From assembly GCA_013239625.1 (NCBI GenBank), contig MU053597.1, forward strand, positions 1,664-65,663: a DNA stretch of 64,000 nucleotides, in the 5' to 3' direction. Both the position numbers and the translations under genes were made by a program. This DNA comes from Lama guanicoe. Taxonomy: Eukaryota. Shown here in pieces: positions 38,724 through 51,669 of the stretch. A model generated the notes under the pieces. That model was not told where the DNA came from. It saw nothing but the letters and a program-made list of their open reading frames with translations, and searched no databases. Each line of letters begins with the position of its first letter. Position 1 is the first letter of the stretch.

Positions 38724-40078
38724 CTGGGGAGACGGCGGGTCAGCTCTATCTGCCGATTCGCAGGTGGGTGCCCACCTCAAGCACAGGTGTCCCCACCCAT
38801 GGCTCCCAGGCACAAGCCCCTCCAGTTGGAACCCTTAGCGCCAGAAGCAGACACTTGCCCGTGGACACATTACAAATGACCCAGCACAAGGGACAGGCCT
38901 CCCTAGGTTTCTTTCATTCAAAACATTTCTGAGCAAATGCTTCAGGTCGGGCACTGCACCAGGTCCTGGGACATGGCAAGAGCCACACCTTCAGGGACCC
39001 CACCTGCGTGGGGGCAGAGACCTTTCCTATCCAGAGCCCTGGCAAAAACCAATAGCCCGGCAGGTCCTGCTCAGTTCCACCCATGGGGTCAGGGGACCCG
39101 ATGGCCTGGGTGTGCCGCAGCAGGCACTAGGCAGCCTTGGGGCCGACCGACGTCAGGTGTTGACTGCCTTAAACACGGGCACAGCCTGTGACCCAGAACT
39201 TACTCCCAGGGAACCAGGCACAGTTGCACACACACAGCGATGACCCTAGGCAACTGCCACAACCCTGTCACCCAACAGAAGCCACAGGGCAGGATAGGAC
39301 ACCTGCTCCACCGCATGGTACAGAATCAAAACGAGGGGAAATGTGGTCGTACACGCAGACAAAAGGTCAGACAAGTCACACCATCCCGCGACCTGGATTT
39401 TCTTCACTTTACTTCCTTGGATTTGCAATACGCTACCCAGACATGTATTGTTCTGTAAACAAAACACGCCAGGGGGGGCTGCAACCACAGCTGGGAACAC
39501 ACAGCCCCCACTAGGGGGAGGGGCCCTGGGGGGACAGGGAACCCACAATACACGGGTTTTACAGAAAGTAAACAGAGGCTCAGGGAGGGTCACTTCCTGA
39601 ATGTTGCACAGCAAACACAACTCCAAACCTGTGTGCACTCTTCAAATATGAGGGGCAAAGGACATCAACGCTTTGATGTGCCAAGCCCCTTCTGGCAGCG
39701 CTCTCTGCCTTTTCCACACCTCCCATCACTCCACAGGGCTGCACCGGGATGAAGACCACCGCGTTCACAGCCAACTTCCTACTTAGTGGTCCTGCACGCC
39801 AACGGCTACTGTGTTAACGTCTCTGTGCCTCAGTTTCCCACGTGTCAATGGCTAGCTCCCTAGGGCACTGCACTAAATGGCTTCATGCAGGCACTGGCTC
39901 CGGCTGAAAGCTCAGGACACGGTGGTCCTGAGCCCCCGTCCCCTCCCACCTGTACAGCCTCGGCTTCAGGGCACGGGCTGCCTGGGCATGGTCTGGCCAT
40001 GTTACCTGTGCTGACAGCACCTTGGACCAGAATCTCAAGGGCAGGAGTCCCCCACGACACCCAGCCCTCAGTCCTCAC

Positions 40079-40178
40079 CTGTGGCACTGTGAGGACATGG
40101 GACTGCGGCCACCTCTGACCAGGACCTCCTCCCAGAGCACAGCACCGAAGCTGTCCTCATCACAGCTCTCACAGGGCT
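40079..40178 (-). pseudogene. ADGRB1: ADGRB1 hormone-binding-domain exon 1 remnant
   Basis: EPCESCDEDSFGAVLWEE..EVAAVPCPHSAT vs recalled [34 protein letters not shown]; frameshift; AG/GT intact. Confidence 0.93.
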
Positions 40179-40382
40179 CTGCCCAGGGGCTGGGACGTGA
40201 GTGGGGGTGGTGACAGGAAGAGCAGGGGATAGCTGGTAGCAGGGCCAGGAAGGCCAAGACCCCTCCAGGAAATCCACCATCACAAGGGGAAGTCATTTCC
40301 CAGGAGAGCTGAGCCCCACGCCCACCCAGTCTCTCAGGATGCCCCTCCCCAGAGTCCAGCTATGGGGTGGGGGGACCCTCAC

Positions 40383-40542
40383 TGGGACACCGCCGGGTGC
40401 TGCATTGCTGGTGCTCATCTTGGGGGCGCTGGCTGTGTCCCCGAAGAAGGACCCTAAGCAGGCACGCTCCCCCTACTGTGTGCCACCACCGCATGTGACA
40501 CTGCATCTGCTTCCCGACGCCCAGAGTGCCACTTCCCATCCA
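40383..40542 (-). pseudogene. ADGRB1: ADGRB1 TSR5 exon remnant
   Basis: [46 protein letters not shown] vs recalled [54 protein letters not shown]. Confidence 0.93.
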
Positions 40543-40844
40543 CTGTGGGATGCCGCCACGCATAGAGAACAAGGAGGATGCAGGTACTGGAGCCACAGGG
40601 ATGAAAGGGCAGGAAGCCACGAGAAGAAAAAAACTGAGACCCAGAGAGTAGAAGCCAAGCTCAGCTTGATACAGGATAAAACAAATGCCTCACACGCACT
40701 CGTCCCCTCACCATCACCCCACTGCCCCCGGCATCCCCAAGGACACTGCAAGGTCCCACAATGAGATGCCACGCAGTCTCACCCCTCCCTTATGGCTCAT
40801 GCCCACCAGGACCGCACCCACAGGTCCCTCGGCACGGCCCTGAC

Positions 40845-40985
40845 CTGGGCACTGCTGCAGGAAGCAGTCTCGAGTTTCCACTTAGTGGCCCTGGCACTCG
40901 GCGCCCCTGTACCAAGGCCCGTTGCACATCCATGTGCACTGCTGCCGGCCCAGGGAGCAGCTGGCGGAGCATGGGCTCCAACTTG
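40845..40985 (-). pseudogene. ADGRB1: ADGRB1 TSR4 exon remnant, 5'-truncated
   Basis: [51 protein letters not shown] vs recalled [46 protein letters not shown]; TAA at 40882-40884. Confidence 0.95.
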
Positions 40986-43812
40986 TCTTTCAGGGATGAC
41001 CCCTCCCACACACGGATCTGGGACACAGCAGCCCGGCGGTCAGGAGACAAGTGTGGGCCTAGACAGGATTAGTAGTGGGGTGTGATGCAGAGGCCGGGCA
41101 GGGAGGGGCAGAGATGCCAGGGAAGTTGGGGTCCGGTGCCCACCCCACTTCCCCCTGGAGGCTCGGTGCCCTCCAGCTTTGTCTACAGGCAGCTGGGCCA
41201 GGGTCTCCACTGGCTTTGCATCCAGGTCCCCAGTGTGGGGGCTGGAAATGGAGCTGGAGCCCCAGCTAGGTCTAAAGAGTGAATGAGTGAATGAACGAAT
41301 GAACGAAAGACACCCCCGGCCATCCAACACTGCCTTACACAACAGGGTGATGGGGTTGAGCATGGTGCTCGGGCACTCTTTCCTGGGCACAGGTCCTCAG
41401 GCCCCGCTGCCCTCTCCCCGTGGTCCTCGGTCCAGTTTCCTCTGAGCATCAGTCTCCTCCTCATCCTGCTCCTGCCCCAGCCATGACCTGTGAGCTCTTT
41501 CTCCCACGCCCTCCAGGGACAGCAGGAGTGATCAAGCTGTTGCAGCTGCTGGCGGAGCATCAAGCTTAGCCTCCCCCACACCCAGCAGAGACTGGCTGCT
41601 GAGGGCCTCCAGGACCCTCTGGCCACCCTCCTTTAGCTCTCTCCTAGGTCTTCTCCATCCTGGCCCTGTCCCCCCAGCAGTCATGACCTCATGCCCCCAA
41701 AGGCCTGAGCCCCTTAGTAGCCCCAGTGCCACTGAGGACACGATGAGGGACAGCCTCTAAACACTGGGGAGCCATTGAGGAGTGAGGAGTGGAGAGGCCT
41801 CACATCTCAGGCCAGCACTCCAGGCTACGCTGATGGGCTCGGGAAGAGGCTGCTTCACCCAGGCTTTCAGTCCAAAGGCCACACTTAAGTTTCCCAGAAC
41901 ACTCCGTCTGCGAGGGACCCTGATGCCACCATCCTATTTATTCTCAAGGTCGCCCTGAGGCCCCTGACCTCCCAGCAAAGCAGGGTCAGGGCAAACTCAA
42001 CAAGGGCACGGAGCCTCATGAAGCACCTACCGTGGGCCAGGCTCAGACCGGGCCAGGCACCCAGCATGTGCTGACGTGGTACCCATGTACCAGGAACCAA
42101 GGAGATGGCACTGCCAAGGCCCAGCTCTGGGACCCACACTAGATCTGGGCCACTGCCCCACACCACCTACTCCGCCAGGGCTGGAGCAGGGAAGCTGGGC
42201 TGCCTGATGGCAGGTCACACCTGGCCTGGCAAGAGGGTCTCCGGTGCCACTTGGAGCCCAGCTTCTCTGTGGCCCCGGGGAGCAGACCCACCTCCTGGAG
42301 TGAGAATGAGGACTGTGTAGATCCCAGAGGGTGGGCTCTGGAGCCAAAGGGCCAGGGTCACGTGGTGGCCCACCACCCACTGCCATGGGCCCGTCAAGTA
42401 CATCCCACCCTGGCCTCACACCCCTCATCTGAGGACGGACTGATGCCTGAAATGGTAAGAGGTGACAGGTGTGGGCACGTTGCTGGGGTCAGAGCTGATC
42501 CTAGGGAACCCACTTTGATGGCCAGCAGGTTCAGTGTCCAGGCGCTCTGTTCTGAGGAGGGTGGCTGGAGAGGTGCAGAATCCCCTCCCAGTGGTCCCCG
42601 TGCCTGCACTGGGAACTGACCATCAAGGGGGACCTGATGAATGAACTGGAGGCTAGGAAGGGACACCCCTAACTTCCCATATTTGGAAGCCGGGGCTCCT
42701 TCTCCCTGCTGAGTTATGCAGCAACTGAGAATTCCACACCCCCCCCCACGCCCTCGCAGAAACTTTCCTCTCACAGAGCCCACCCTCTCACCGGCCCCAC
42801 TTTCCCCTGAACCCAGAGGCAGAGCCCCTCTGCCAAACAAGGGATAGGTAGGAGGGGTGGCTGCAACCTTACTGGGGTGGGCGTGGACTGTGCTTGATCC
42901 CTGAGTTCCCAGCTGTGCAGCAGAGGCACAAGGAGGGCCACAGGGCAGGGGCAGGGCTGAGCTCTGCATGGACCCTGACTCTGGGGGCTGGGGGGCCGAG
43001 GGGCTGGCTCTGAGCCACATCCTGGGACTGGGCTCAATGCCTTGTGATCCCACAAGGGAGGCCTCTCTGCTCTCAATGTTCAGATGGAAAGACACGAGCC
43101 TGTCCACGTGAAGTGATGCCATTTCCCCCATTGAGGAGGGCCAAGTGGGACTGGGCCCCTAGTTTTCAAAGAAGGTTGCCCTCCCCAAGGTTGGTTCTCT
43201 GGGGAGCACCCTGGGCAAGGAGTCCTGGCTCCCCCCTGCGCCTGGCTCTGTGCTGGTCACCTCAGCACACAGAAGCCTTGAGTCTCAGTCCACCCAGGAA
43301 CCAAATGTTCACTTCACGTACAGCAGAGACAACTGAGGCTCAAAAAGGGGTGGTCCAGACAGCCAGGAGGGTCTGCCCTGGAGACGGTGTGGAGGCCCAA
43401 GTCTCAGAAGACAGGTAAAGCCAGGGTCTCAAGGATATTGCACAAATAGGAGTTCACTTTGAACTGGGAATGTCGTGGAAGAACCCTGGGGGCCGGGGTG
43501 CAGGAGAAGGGGACTAGACCAGGGCCTGAGGGAAGTCAGGGACCCCCAGGACTGCCTCCATGCGCTCGGGAGAGGGCAGGTGAGCGGCTCTAAAGGTATG
43601 ACGGCGGAGGCTACCCAGACATCGGGCCTTCATCACTGCCACTTCGCTCGGGTGACCGCAACAGCTCTGTGACCACGCCCATTTGGCAGATGCAGAGAGA
43701 GGCCAAGTTACCCCCTAGGCTGACAAGGAGAGGAGCTGGGATCAAACCCAGGATCAGATTCCATGTGCTCCGTTCGCTGGCCCCCAGACTAAGGCTGCAT
43801 GCCAAAGTCGAC

Positions 43813-46800
43813 CACAGGGCCCCCTGCTTGGCACTCTAGACCTCAGTGGTTTCCCCTGCTGAGCCATCCCACCCCATCACACTGAGACAAAGGGACAGAG
43901 GCCTGGGGTCCAGGAGACAGGACTGGAAGAAGGGCCAGGGTGGGCATGTCCTGCCCATCCCCCTTTGCTGCCCCAGCCCAGTTGTCAAGTGGAAGCCTGA
44001 GTGACATGGAAACTGGAAAGGGTGGGAAAGAGAGGATGCCCCTTGGTTCCCATGGCAACTGCTGCAGAGCTCAGTCTTTCAGGATAGACTCAGGTTAGGA
44101 CTCAGCTGCTAAAATACCCATTATTTCAGGGCTCGTTACCGTGGTGACCCAGGTGGTGAGGATGTGGTGGGAGGAGGCGGTGGAGAGGAGGGAGGGGTCA
44201 GATCAGGAGAGGCCTGGCAGGAGGCCACCGGCTCAGAGGACAGACTACCCCCGAGCCTAGACATGAACCTGGTCACACACTGAGCCCTGATCTTCATCAC
44301 AGGCTGACTTCTGATCCTGGACACAGGGTGCCTGGCCCCAATAACACACAAGCCCTGATCCTGGTCACAAACCACCCCCCGACCTTGGCCAAGCTTCCAC
44401 CACAGAGGGACACTCAACTACTGGTGGCTGCTCCGCATCACGTATGGACCCCTGACCTTGGCTGTGCTCCCCTCACAGAGGGACAAGCAGCGAATCGTGG
44501 CTTCTACTTGTTATCACTTTTATATCTTTAACGTGTGTCCCACTCACAGCTGACACCTGACAAATGTTATTCAGACTAATGCATCCACAATGGAGGACTG
44601 TCCATAAGGACTCCTGGGGCCCACAGTGCTGGGCAGAGGCTCTCAGGATCCCCTTTGCTGGGTGGCCACAGGGCTCCTGGGCTGGGTGGGCTATGAGGGG
44701 GCAGCAGACAAGTGGGCAAGGCTGGGGGGTGAGCTGCCCCTCCAGGCCCAGAAGGAAGCAGCCATTCTTCCCTGGCTCAATGCCCCCTCTGTCTGGAAGC
44801 CTCGTTTACGTCTCATTACTGGATTAACAGAGCCAACTAATGGTGGCCAGGCAGCCTTGGCCACCCAGGAGAGAGGGTACATGGTGAGGGGGTTCCCAGC
44901 ATCCATCCTACCCTGGCACCCCAGCCTGGAGGCTGTGGCCTCCCTGGTCCCTGTGGGCCGGGATGAGGGCCCTGGGAGAGGCCCGCATCCTGCTGGGCCT
45001 CCCTGCTTCCTGGGGAGAGCTCTCCCCAGCCCAGCAGGTGGGGCAGCAGAGGCAGTGGGTCAGCCCCTGTCCATAACAGGGCCCCCTGCTTGGCACTCTA
45101 GACCTCAGTGGTTTCCCCTGCTGAGCCATCCCACCCCATCACACTGAGACAAAGGGACAGAGGCCTGGGGTCCAGGAGACAGGACTGGAAGAAGGGCCAG
45201 GGTGGGCATGTCCTGCCCATCCCCCTTTGCTGCCCCAGCCCAGTTGTCAAGTGGAAGCCTGAGTGACATGGAAACTGGAAAGGGTGGGAAAGAGAGGATG
45301 CCCCTTGGTTCCCATGGCAACTGCTGCAGAGCTCAGTCTTTCAGGATAGACTCACATTCCTGCCCTGCCCTCGCCCAGGACTGTTGCCCAGGCATTCAGG
45401 GCGTGCTCCAGGGCCTCTGAAGTTAGGGCTTGTCCTGGGGCATGGGAGTTCCTCCTCAGCCCCTTGCATGGATGTCCAAATGAGGACCACAGGGGACAGG
45501 ACAGCTCTCTTAATTCCCCCACCAAGTTCCCAGTCCCTCCCATCCCAGCACTCATGGGTCCTGACTTGGCCCATTTGGCCAAGGGTAGGAAAATGCACAA
45601 AAGACTACCATAAGAGAGAGAGGGATGCAGAACTGAGAGGCCGGGGGAGCGGGAGGCCAGCTGCAGAGGTGTTGCCAGGCGGGGACAGAAGTGGACGACA
45701 GAGGACAGTTGCTCTGGCCCAAGAAACACTTTCCAGCCAGATGCCTGATGTGGCCATTTGGCATTTGGACAGGCCAGGCGGGGGCAGAGCTGAAAACGGC
45801 CCACGTGTTGGCCTGGGCCTCCTGACGACTCCTAGCTGGGCTATGGATGGAGGGATAGAGGTGAACCAGCCTCCCCTAACCACTGCGAGGGGCGAAGTTC
45901 CCTGGCACAGGCTTAGCTGGCAAAATCTGGGATGAGCACCTGCCTGGCTCAGCTGTGTGTCTTCTGAATGACTGCTGGACCTCTCTGGTCTGCATGCCAC
46001 CGCACCGACACACATGCGTACACACACACTCCCCCTCCCAGTAGAGCACGGTGCAGGAGACACCACAGGTGGCACCACCAGGTGACAAGAGCTGGCCCTG
46101 CCCACTGTCTTCCCCCTACAAGCTGTGTGACCCTGGCTCCTGCCTTAACCTCCCTTTGCCTCATTCCACTACGTAGGTATTAATCCAGGGCCTCCTGTGT
46201 GCCGGGTTTCATCAGCCAGCGGGGGAAACTCCTCTGCCCTGTTGGGGACTACATCATGGCAGGACGAAGAATAAGTATACAGGAATTACCCAGTGCTCAC
46301 AGGCGATGCCATGTAGGAGGAGAAAGAGACAGGATGCAGTGAGACTGCGGCTGGGGCTGCTGCCACTTGAAGCAGCATGGTCAGAGGGGTCAGGGTGGCC
46401 AGGGCACGACAAGCTGAGGGAGAGGCCCTGTGGGTGTGCCAGCCCAGGGGACAGCCTGTGCAAAGGCCCTGCACAGGTGGCCGCCTCGCTGAGGAGACAT
46501 CCCCGGGCTGCTGGGAGGAATAAACTGGTTGACAGGTGGTGCTTCCTGCACAAAGAGACACTCAGATGCGGCTGCTGTCACCACCACCAAGATCTTTACT
46601 CCCAAGGTCTCAGAGCATTAAGGAGAAGAAGGGCCAGGGTGGGCATGTCCTGCCCATCCCCCTTTGCTGCCCCAGCCCAGTTGTCAAGTGGAAGCCTGAG
46701 TGACATGGAAACTGGAAAGGGTGGGAAAGAGAGGATGCCCCTTGGTTCCCATGGCAACTGCTGCAGAGCTCAGTCTTTCAGGATAGACTCAGGTTAGGAC

Positions 46801-49039
46801 TCAGCTGCTAAAATACCCATTATTTCAGGGCTCGTTACCGTGGTGACCCAGGTGGTGAGGATGTGGTGGGAGGAGGCGGTGGAGAGGAGGGAGGGGTCAG
46901 ATCAGGAGAGGCCTGGCAGGAGGCCACCGGCTCAGAGGACAGACTACCCCCGAGCCTAGACATGAACCTGGTCACACACTGAGCCCTGATCTTCATCACA
47001 GGCTGACTTCTGATCCTGGACACAGGGTGCCTGGCCCCAATAACACACAAGCCCTGATCCTGGTCACAAACCACCCCCCGACCTTGGCCAAGCTTCCACC
47101 ACAGAGGGACACTCAACTACTGGTGGCTGCTCCGCATCACGTATGGACCCCTGACCTTGGCTGTGCTCCCCTCACAGAGGGACAAGCAGCGAATCGTGGC
47201 TTCTACTTGTTATCACTTTTATATCTTTAACGTGTGTCCCACTCACAGCTGACACCTGACAAATGTTATTCAGACTAATGCATCCACAATGGAGGACTGT
47301 CCATAAGGACTCCTGGGGCCCACAGTGCTGGGCAGAGGCTCTCAGGATCCCCTTTGCTGGGTGGCCACAGGGCTCCTGGGCTGGGTGGGCTATGAGGGGG
47401 CAGCAGACAAGTGGGCAAGGCTGGGGGGTGAGCTGCCCCTCCAGGCCCAGAAGGAAGCAGCCATTCTTCCCTGGCTCAATGCCCCCTCTGTCTGGAAGCC
47501 TCGTTTACGTCTCATTACTGGATTAACAGAGCCAACTAATGGTGGCCAGGCAGCCTTGGCCACCCAGGAGAGAGGGTACATGGCGAGGGGGTTCCCAGCA
47601 TCCATCCTACCCTGGCACCCCAGCCTGGAGGCTGTGGCCTCCCTGGTCCCTGTGGGCCGGGATGAGGGCCCTGGGAGAGGCCCGCATCCTGCTGGGCCTC
47701 CCTTCCTCCTGGGGAGAGCTCTCCCCAGCCCAGCAGGTGGGGCAGCAGAGGCAGTGGGTCAGCCCCTGTCCATTCCTGCCCTGCCCTCGCCCAGGACTGT
47801 TGCCCAGGCATTCAGGGCGTGCTCCAGGGCCTCTGAAGTTAGGGCTTGTCCTGGGGCATGGGAGTTCCTCCTCAGCCCCTTGCATGGATGTCCAAATGAG
47901 GACCACAGGGGACAGGACAGCTCTCTTAATTCCCCCACCAAGTTCCCAGTCCCTCCCATCCCAGCACTCATGGGTCCTGACTTGGCCCATTTGGCCAAGG
48001 GTAGGAAAATGCACAAAAGACTACCATAAGAGAGAGAGGGATGCAGAACTGAGAGGCCGGGGGAGCGGGAGGCCAGCTGCAGAGGTGTTGCCAGGCGGGG
48101 ACAGAAGTGGACGACAGAGGACAGTTGCTCTGGCCCAAGAAACACTTTCCAGCCAGATGCCTGATGTGGCCATTTGGCATTTGGACAGGCCAGGCGGGGG
48201 CAGAGCTGAAAACGGCCCACGTGTTGGCCTGGGCCTCCTGACGACTCCTAGCTGGGCTATGGATGGAGGGATAGAGGTGAACCAGCCTCCCCTAACCACT
48301 GCGAGGGGCGAAGTTCCCTGGCACAGGCTTAGCTGGCAAAATCTGGGATGAGCACCTGCCTGGCTCAGCTGTGTGTCTTCTGAATGACTGCTGGACCTCT
48401 CTGGTCTGCATGCCACCGCACCGACACACATGCGTACACACACACTCCCCCTCCCAGTAGAGCACGGTGCAGGAGACACCACAGGTGGCACCACCAGGTG
48501 ACAAGAGCTGGCCCTGCCCACTGTCTTCCCCCTACAAGCTGTGTGACCCTGGCTCCTGCCTTAACCTCCCTTTGCCTCATTCCACTACGTAGGTATTAAT
48601 CCAGGGCCTCCTGTGTGCCGGGTTTCATCAGCCAGCGGGGGAAACTCCTCTGCCCTGTTGGGGACTACATCATGGCAGGACGAAGAATAAGTATACAGGA
48701 ATTACCCAGTGCTCACAGGCGATGCCATGTAGGAGGAGAAAGAGACAGGATGCAGTGAGACTGCGGCTGGGGCTGCTGCCACTTGAAGCAGCATGGTCAG
48801 AGGGGTCAGGGTGGCCAGGGCACGACAAGCTGAGGGAGAGGCCCTGTGGGTGTGCCAGCCCAGGGGACAGCCTGTGCAAAGGCCCTGCACAGGTGGCCGC
48901 CTCGCTGAGGAGACATCCCCGGGCTGCTGGGAGGAATAAACTGGTTGACAGGTGGTGCTTCCTGCACAAAGAGACACTCAGATGCGGCTGCTGTCACCAC
49001 CACCAAGATCTTTACTCCCAAGGTCTCAGAGCATTAAGG
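43813..49039. repeat. Complex near-identical tandem duplication: ~2.4 kb unit twice, plus a ~280-bp templated insert
   Basis: 43927-46623 vs 46625-49039 (offset 2699, then 2416); 45075-45354 is a copy of ~43813-44092. Confidence 0.95.
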
Positions 49040-50847
49040 CCTTTGGAGTCCGGGGCACGCGCACGGGGGTTTGAGCTGCCTCTGGGCCGGGTGGCCGCGT
49101 CCTGTCCTGCAGCCAAGCTCCCTGCTTCACATCATGGCAGCCCCAGCCCACAGGCCCTGTGAGCCGTCTTCCCTCAAGGGACTGAGCCCTGCCACACAGC
49201 CTCAACACGCGCTTTGTCACAACTGCTGAAATCGGCCTACACACGCACTCACACACGGTGCATGTGAGTACCTCCCACGCTCACACACATGCACAGAAGA
49301 ACGCAATGCACACACACATACGCTGACATGCTGTAAGGGGGCAGGTGTGACCATGTGCACACACATGCGCCATGCACTGAACACATGCACACACACCCCG
49401 TGTGCACACTCCACCCTGAAGGAAGGAGGAAAGCTGCCCCAGCCAAGGTGGCAGTGACCTCCACCTTGCCCAGCCTGAAGATCTGCCCTCAGGCCTCCCA
49501 CCCCAGCGCTGGGGGCCCTGAAACACGGATGCCCTGAAAATCGGGATTTTCTCATGTGTCCTGGATGCCACACCTGCACCCTCTTCCCGGGGTTCTGGCC
49601 ACCTCTTCCCTCCTCTCCTGATCCTCTCCAGCACCTCGCTGCTTCAACACGTTTCTACTCTGGGGTACTCGGACAGGGGCCATGAATAGAAACAGCTCCA
49701 GGATAACCAGCCTCCTCTCTAACCCCACTTAGGCTATTCTGTGCCTCTACAGGTGCTACTCTGTGGCATCCATGAGTGCCACTGGCTCAGGACCACATCA
49801 CCTGCTCCCGTGATGACCTGCTGCCAGGAAAGCCCAGCCCAGACTGGCCCCTGTTGCCCTCCCTGCCCTGGCTAAGGCCGCAGCCTCCCGCAACATCCTG
49901 GGCTTCCTGCAAAGGGGGGTTCCCCTCCAAGTGTCTGCAGGTCTCCCTACCTGTCCTGCTGCCATGGAGGCCCAACCAGGGTCCCAGTCCACTGATTATG
50001 CCCTCCTGCACAGGTTTCCCGCTCACCAAGAAAACCAAACTGCTAAGAAGGTGGACTGTGCCCCAGCCCCTCCTTGCTGGGACCCGCCCAGGACACTGGT
50101 TCAACCGCCTTTCCCTCTGACGGCCACAAGGCTTGCCCGCACCTCTTCCAGAATCTTAAAAACAGGTCCCTGACCAAGTCAGCCCAACTCCAGATGACAT
50201 GCAGTCCCGACACCAGGGACCCCCTCACCCTGCACCTGACACCTGCTTCTTGTGTTTGGGTGTTAGTGCCTCCTCCCTCCCCTGACCTGGAAGGCAGCAC
50301 CAGGACACAAAGGACTTTCCTTGTGCCTCTTCACTGCTCCTCGTCCCTGGAGCAGAACACCTCACAGGAGCTGGGGAACTAGCTGTAGGATAAGGATTTG
50401 TGCGGCCACAACACATGCAACCCCCAAACTGCATCTCCTGACCACACATCCTGACAGCCCAGTCTCCTCATTTTGCCCCCGTGTCCCAGGAGGCCCCTGT
50501 AGACCCTGGCCACAGGCCACAGCAGCCTGCTGGCCTGTCAGAATCGTCCTACCTGCAGAAGAGGAGGGGCCTTCCCCCAGCCAGAAATGAAAAGATCCCT
50601 CATCCTGGGAGAAACCAGACCCATCCTGCCCTGAACACTCAGCAAGCACCTCCCAGAGTGCTGGCACCACGCCTGGCCCTGGGGCCACAGGCAGGCACTC
50701 CAGGCAGGTTCCTATTCTCACAGTGCAACCGGCTTCCCCGATGGAGCCCTGAGGGATGGGTGGCCAGGGTAGGCCTGAAGAGACCCTCTCCCCACTGCCC
50801 TCTGCCCAGGGGGCTGCCACATGGGCCTGTCCCCAACAGTCACTCAC

Positions 50848-51669
50848 CTGGAGCGCATCCCCGCCCTGGTCCTGGGTCAGGCTGGTGAGGCAGTTCTCAG
50901 GGCCGCCAGCGACATCACTGGGGTTGTGGCTGCCCATGACCAGGTGCTCCACGGAGAAGTTGTCGCTGGGGTGGGAGGGCCTCACCCTGGGGCCTGATGT
51001 CATCGTCCGGTGGCAGCTGTCTCTTGATCTGCAGGAACTGCCTGCTGGCCTGCAGGAAGGCTAGGGGACCCGAGGAATTGCACACCTTCAGCACCTCATC
51101 ACAGCTCTCCAGGCCCAAGTAGCTGGGTGTGGACTCCAGGAAGGATTCCAACTGGTAGATGCGGACACGGGAGGGCCTGCTGCAGGTGGGCACCTTGGCC
51201 ACCTTCATGCAGAGCTTGTAGCGGAGCAGGTCCAGGTTGCACGGAGTCCAGGAGGAGTGCAAGGCGTTGGCAGAGAACTCAGCGGCTGCCGAGAAGTACC
51301 CGAAGAACTTGCCCTGCACCAGCATGGGGCACGGCCCACCAAAGGACGCACATCCATCTCCGAAGCCACACTTGGCTGGGGCCCAAGCAGCAGCAGCAGC
51401 AGATGGAAAACCCACAGGGCGCCCGGGGCAGCGGCCTGGCCCCTCATCCTAGCTGGTGGGGCCGCCAGGGTTCCACAGGCTGAGCAGGAAGGCGTGGGCC
51501 AGGCCTTGACATGCCAGGGTCCAGCGGTGAGTAGGGCCAGGCTGGGCTCGGGCCAGGCTGCAGAGCTCTGAGCGGAGGTAGGAAGAAGAGAGGGCTTCAG
51601 GCGACCAAGGAGCAGCAGTGGCTCCTAACATCCGGGGCCTGGATGCCAGCCTGGGGCTGCCAGCAGCAC
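50848..51669 (-). pseudogene. ADGRB1: ADGRB1 (BAI1) first coding exon, pseudogene copy 2
   Basis: Acceptor TTTTCTCTTCCAG|51669; ATG 51447 [22 protein letters not shown]; after a frameshift [20 protein letters not shown]...[34 protein letters not shown]; then [25 protein letters not shown]; donor CAG|GTGAGT. Confidence 0.97.
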
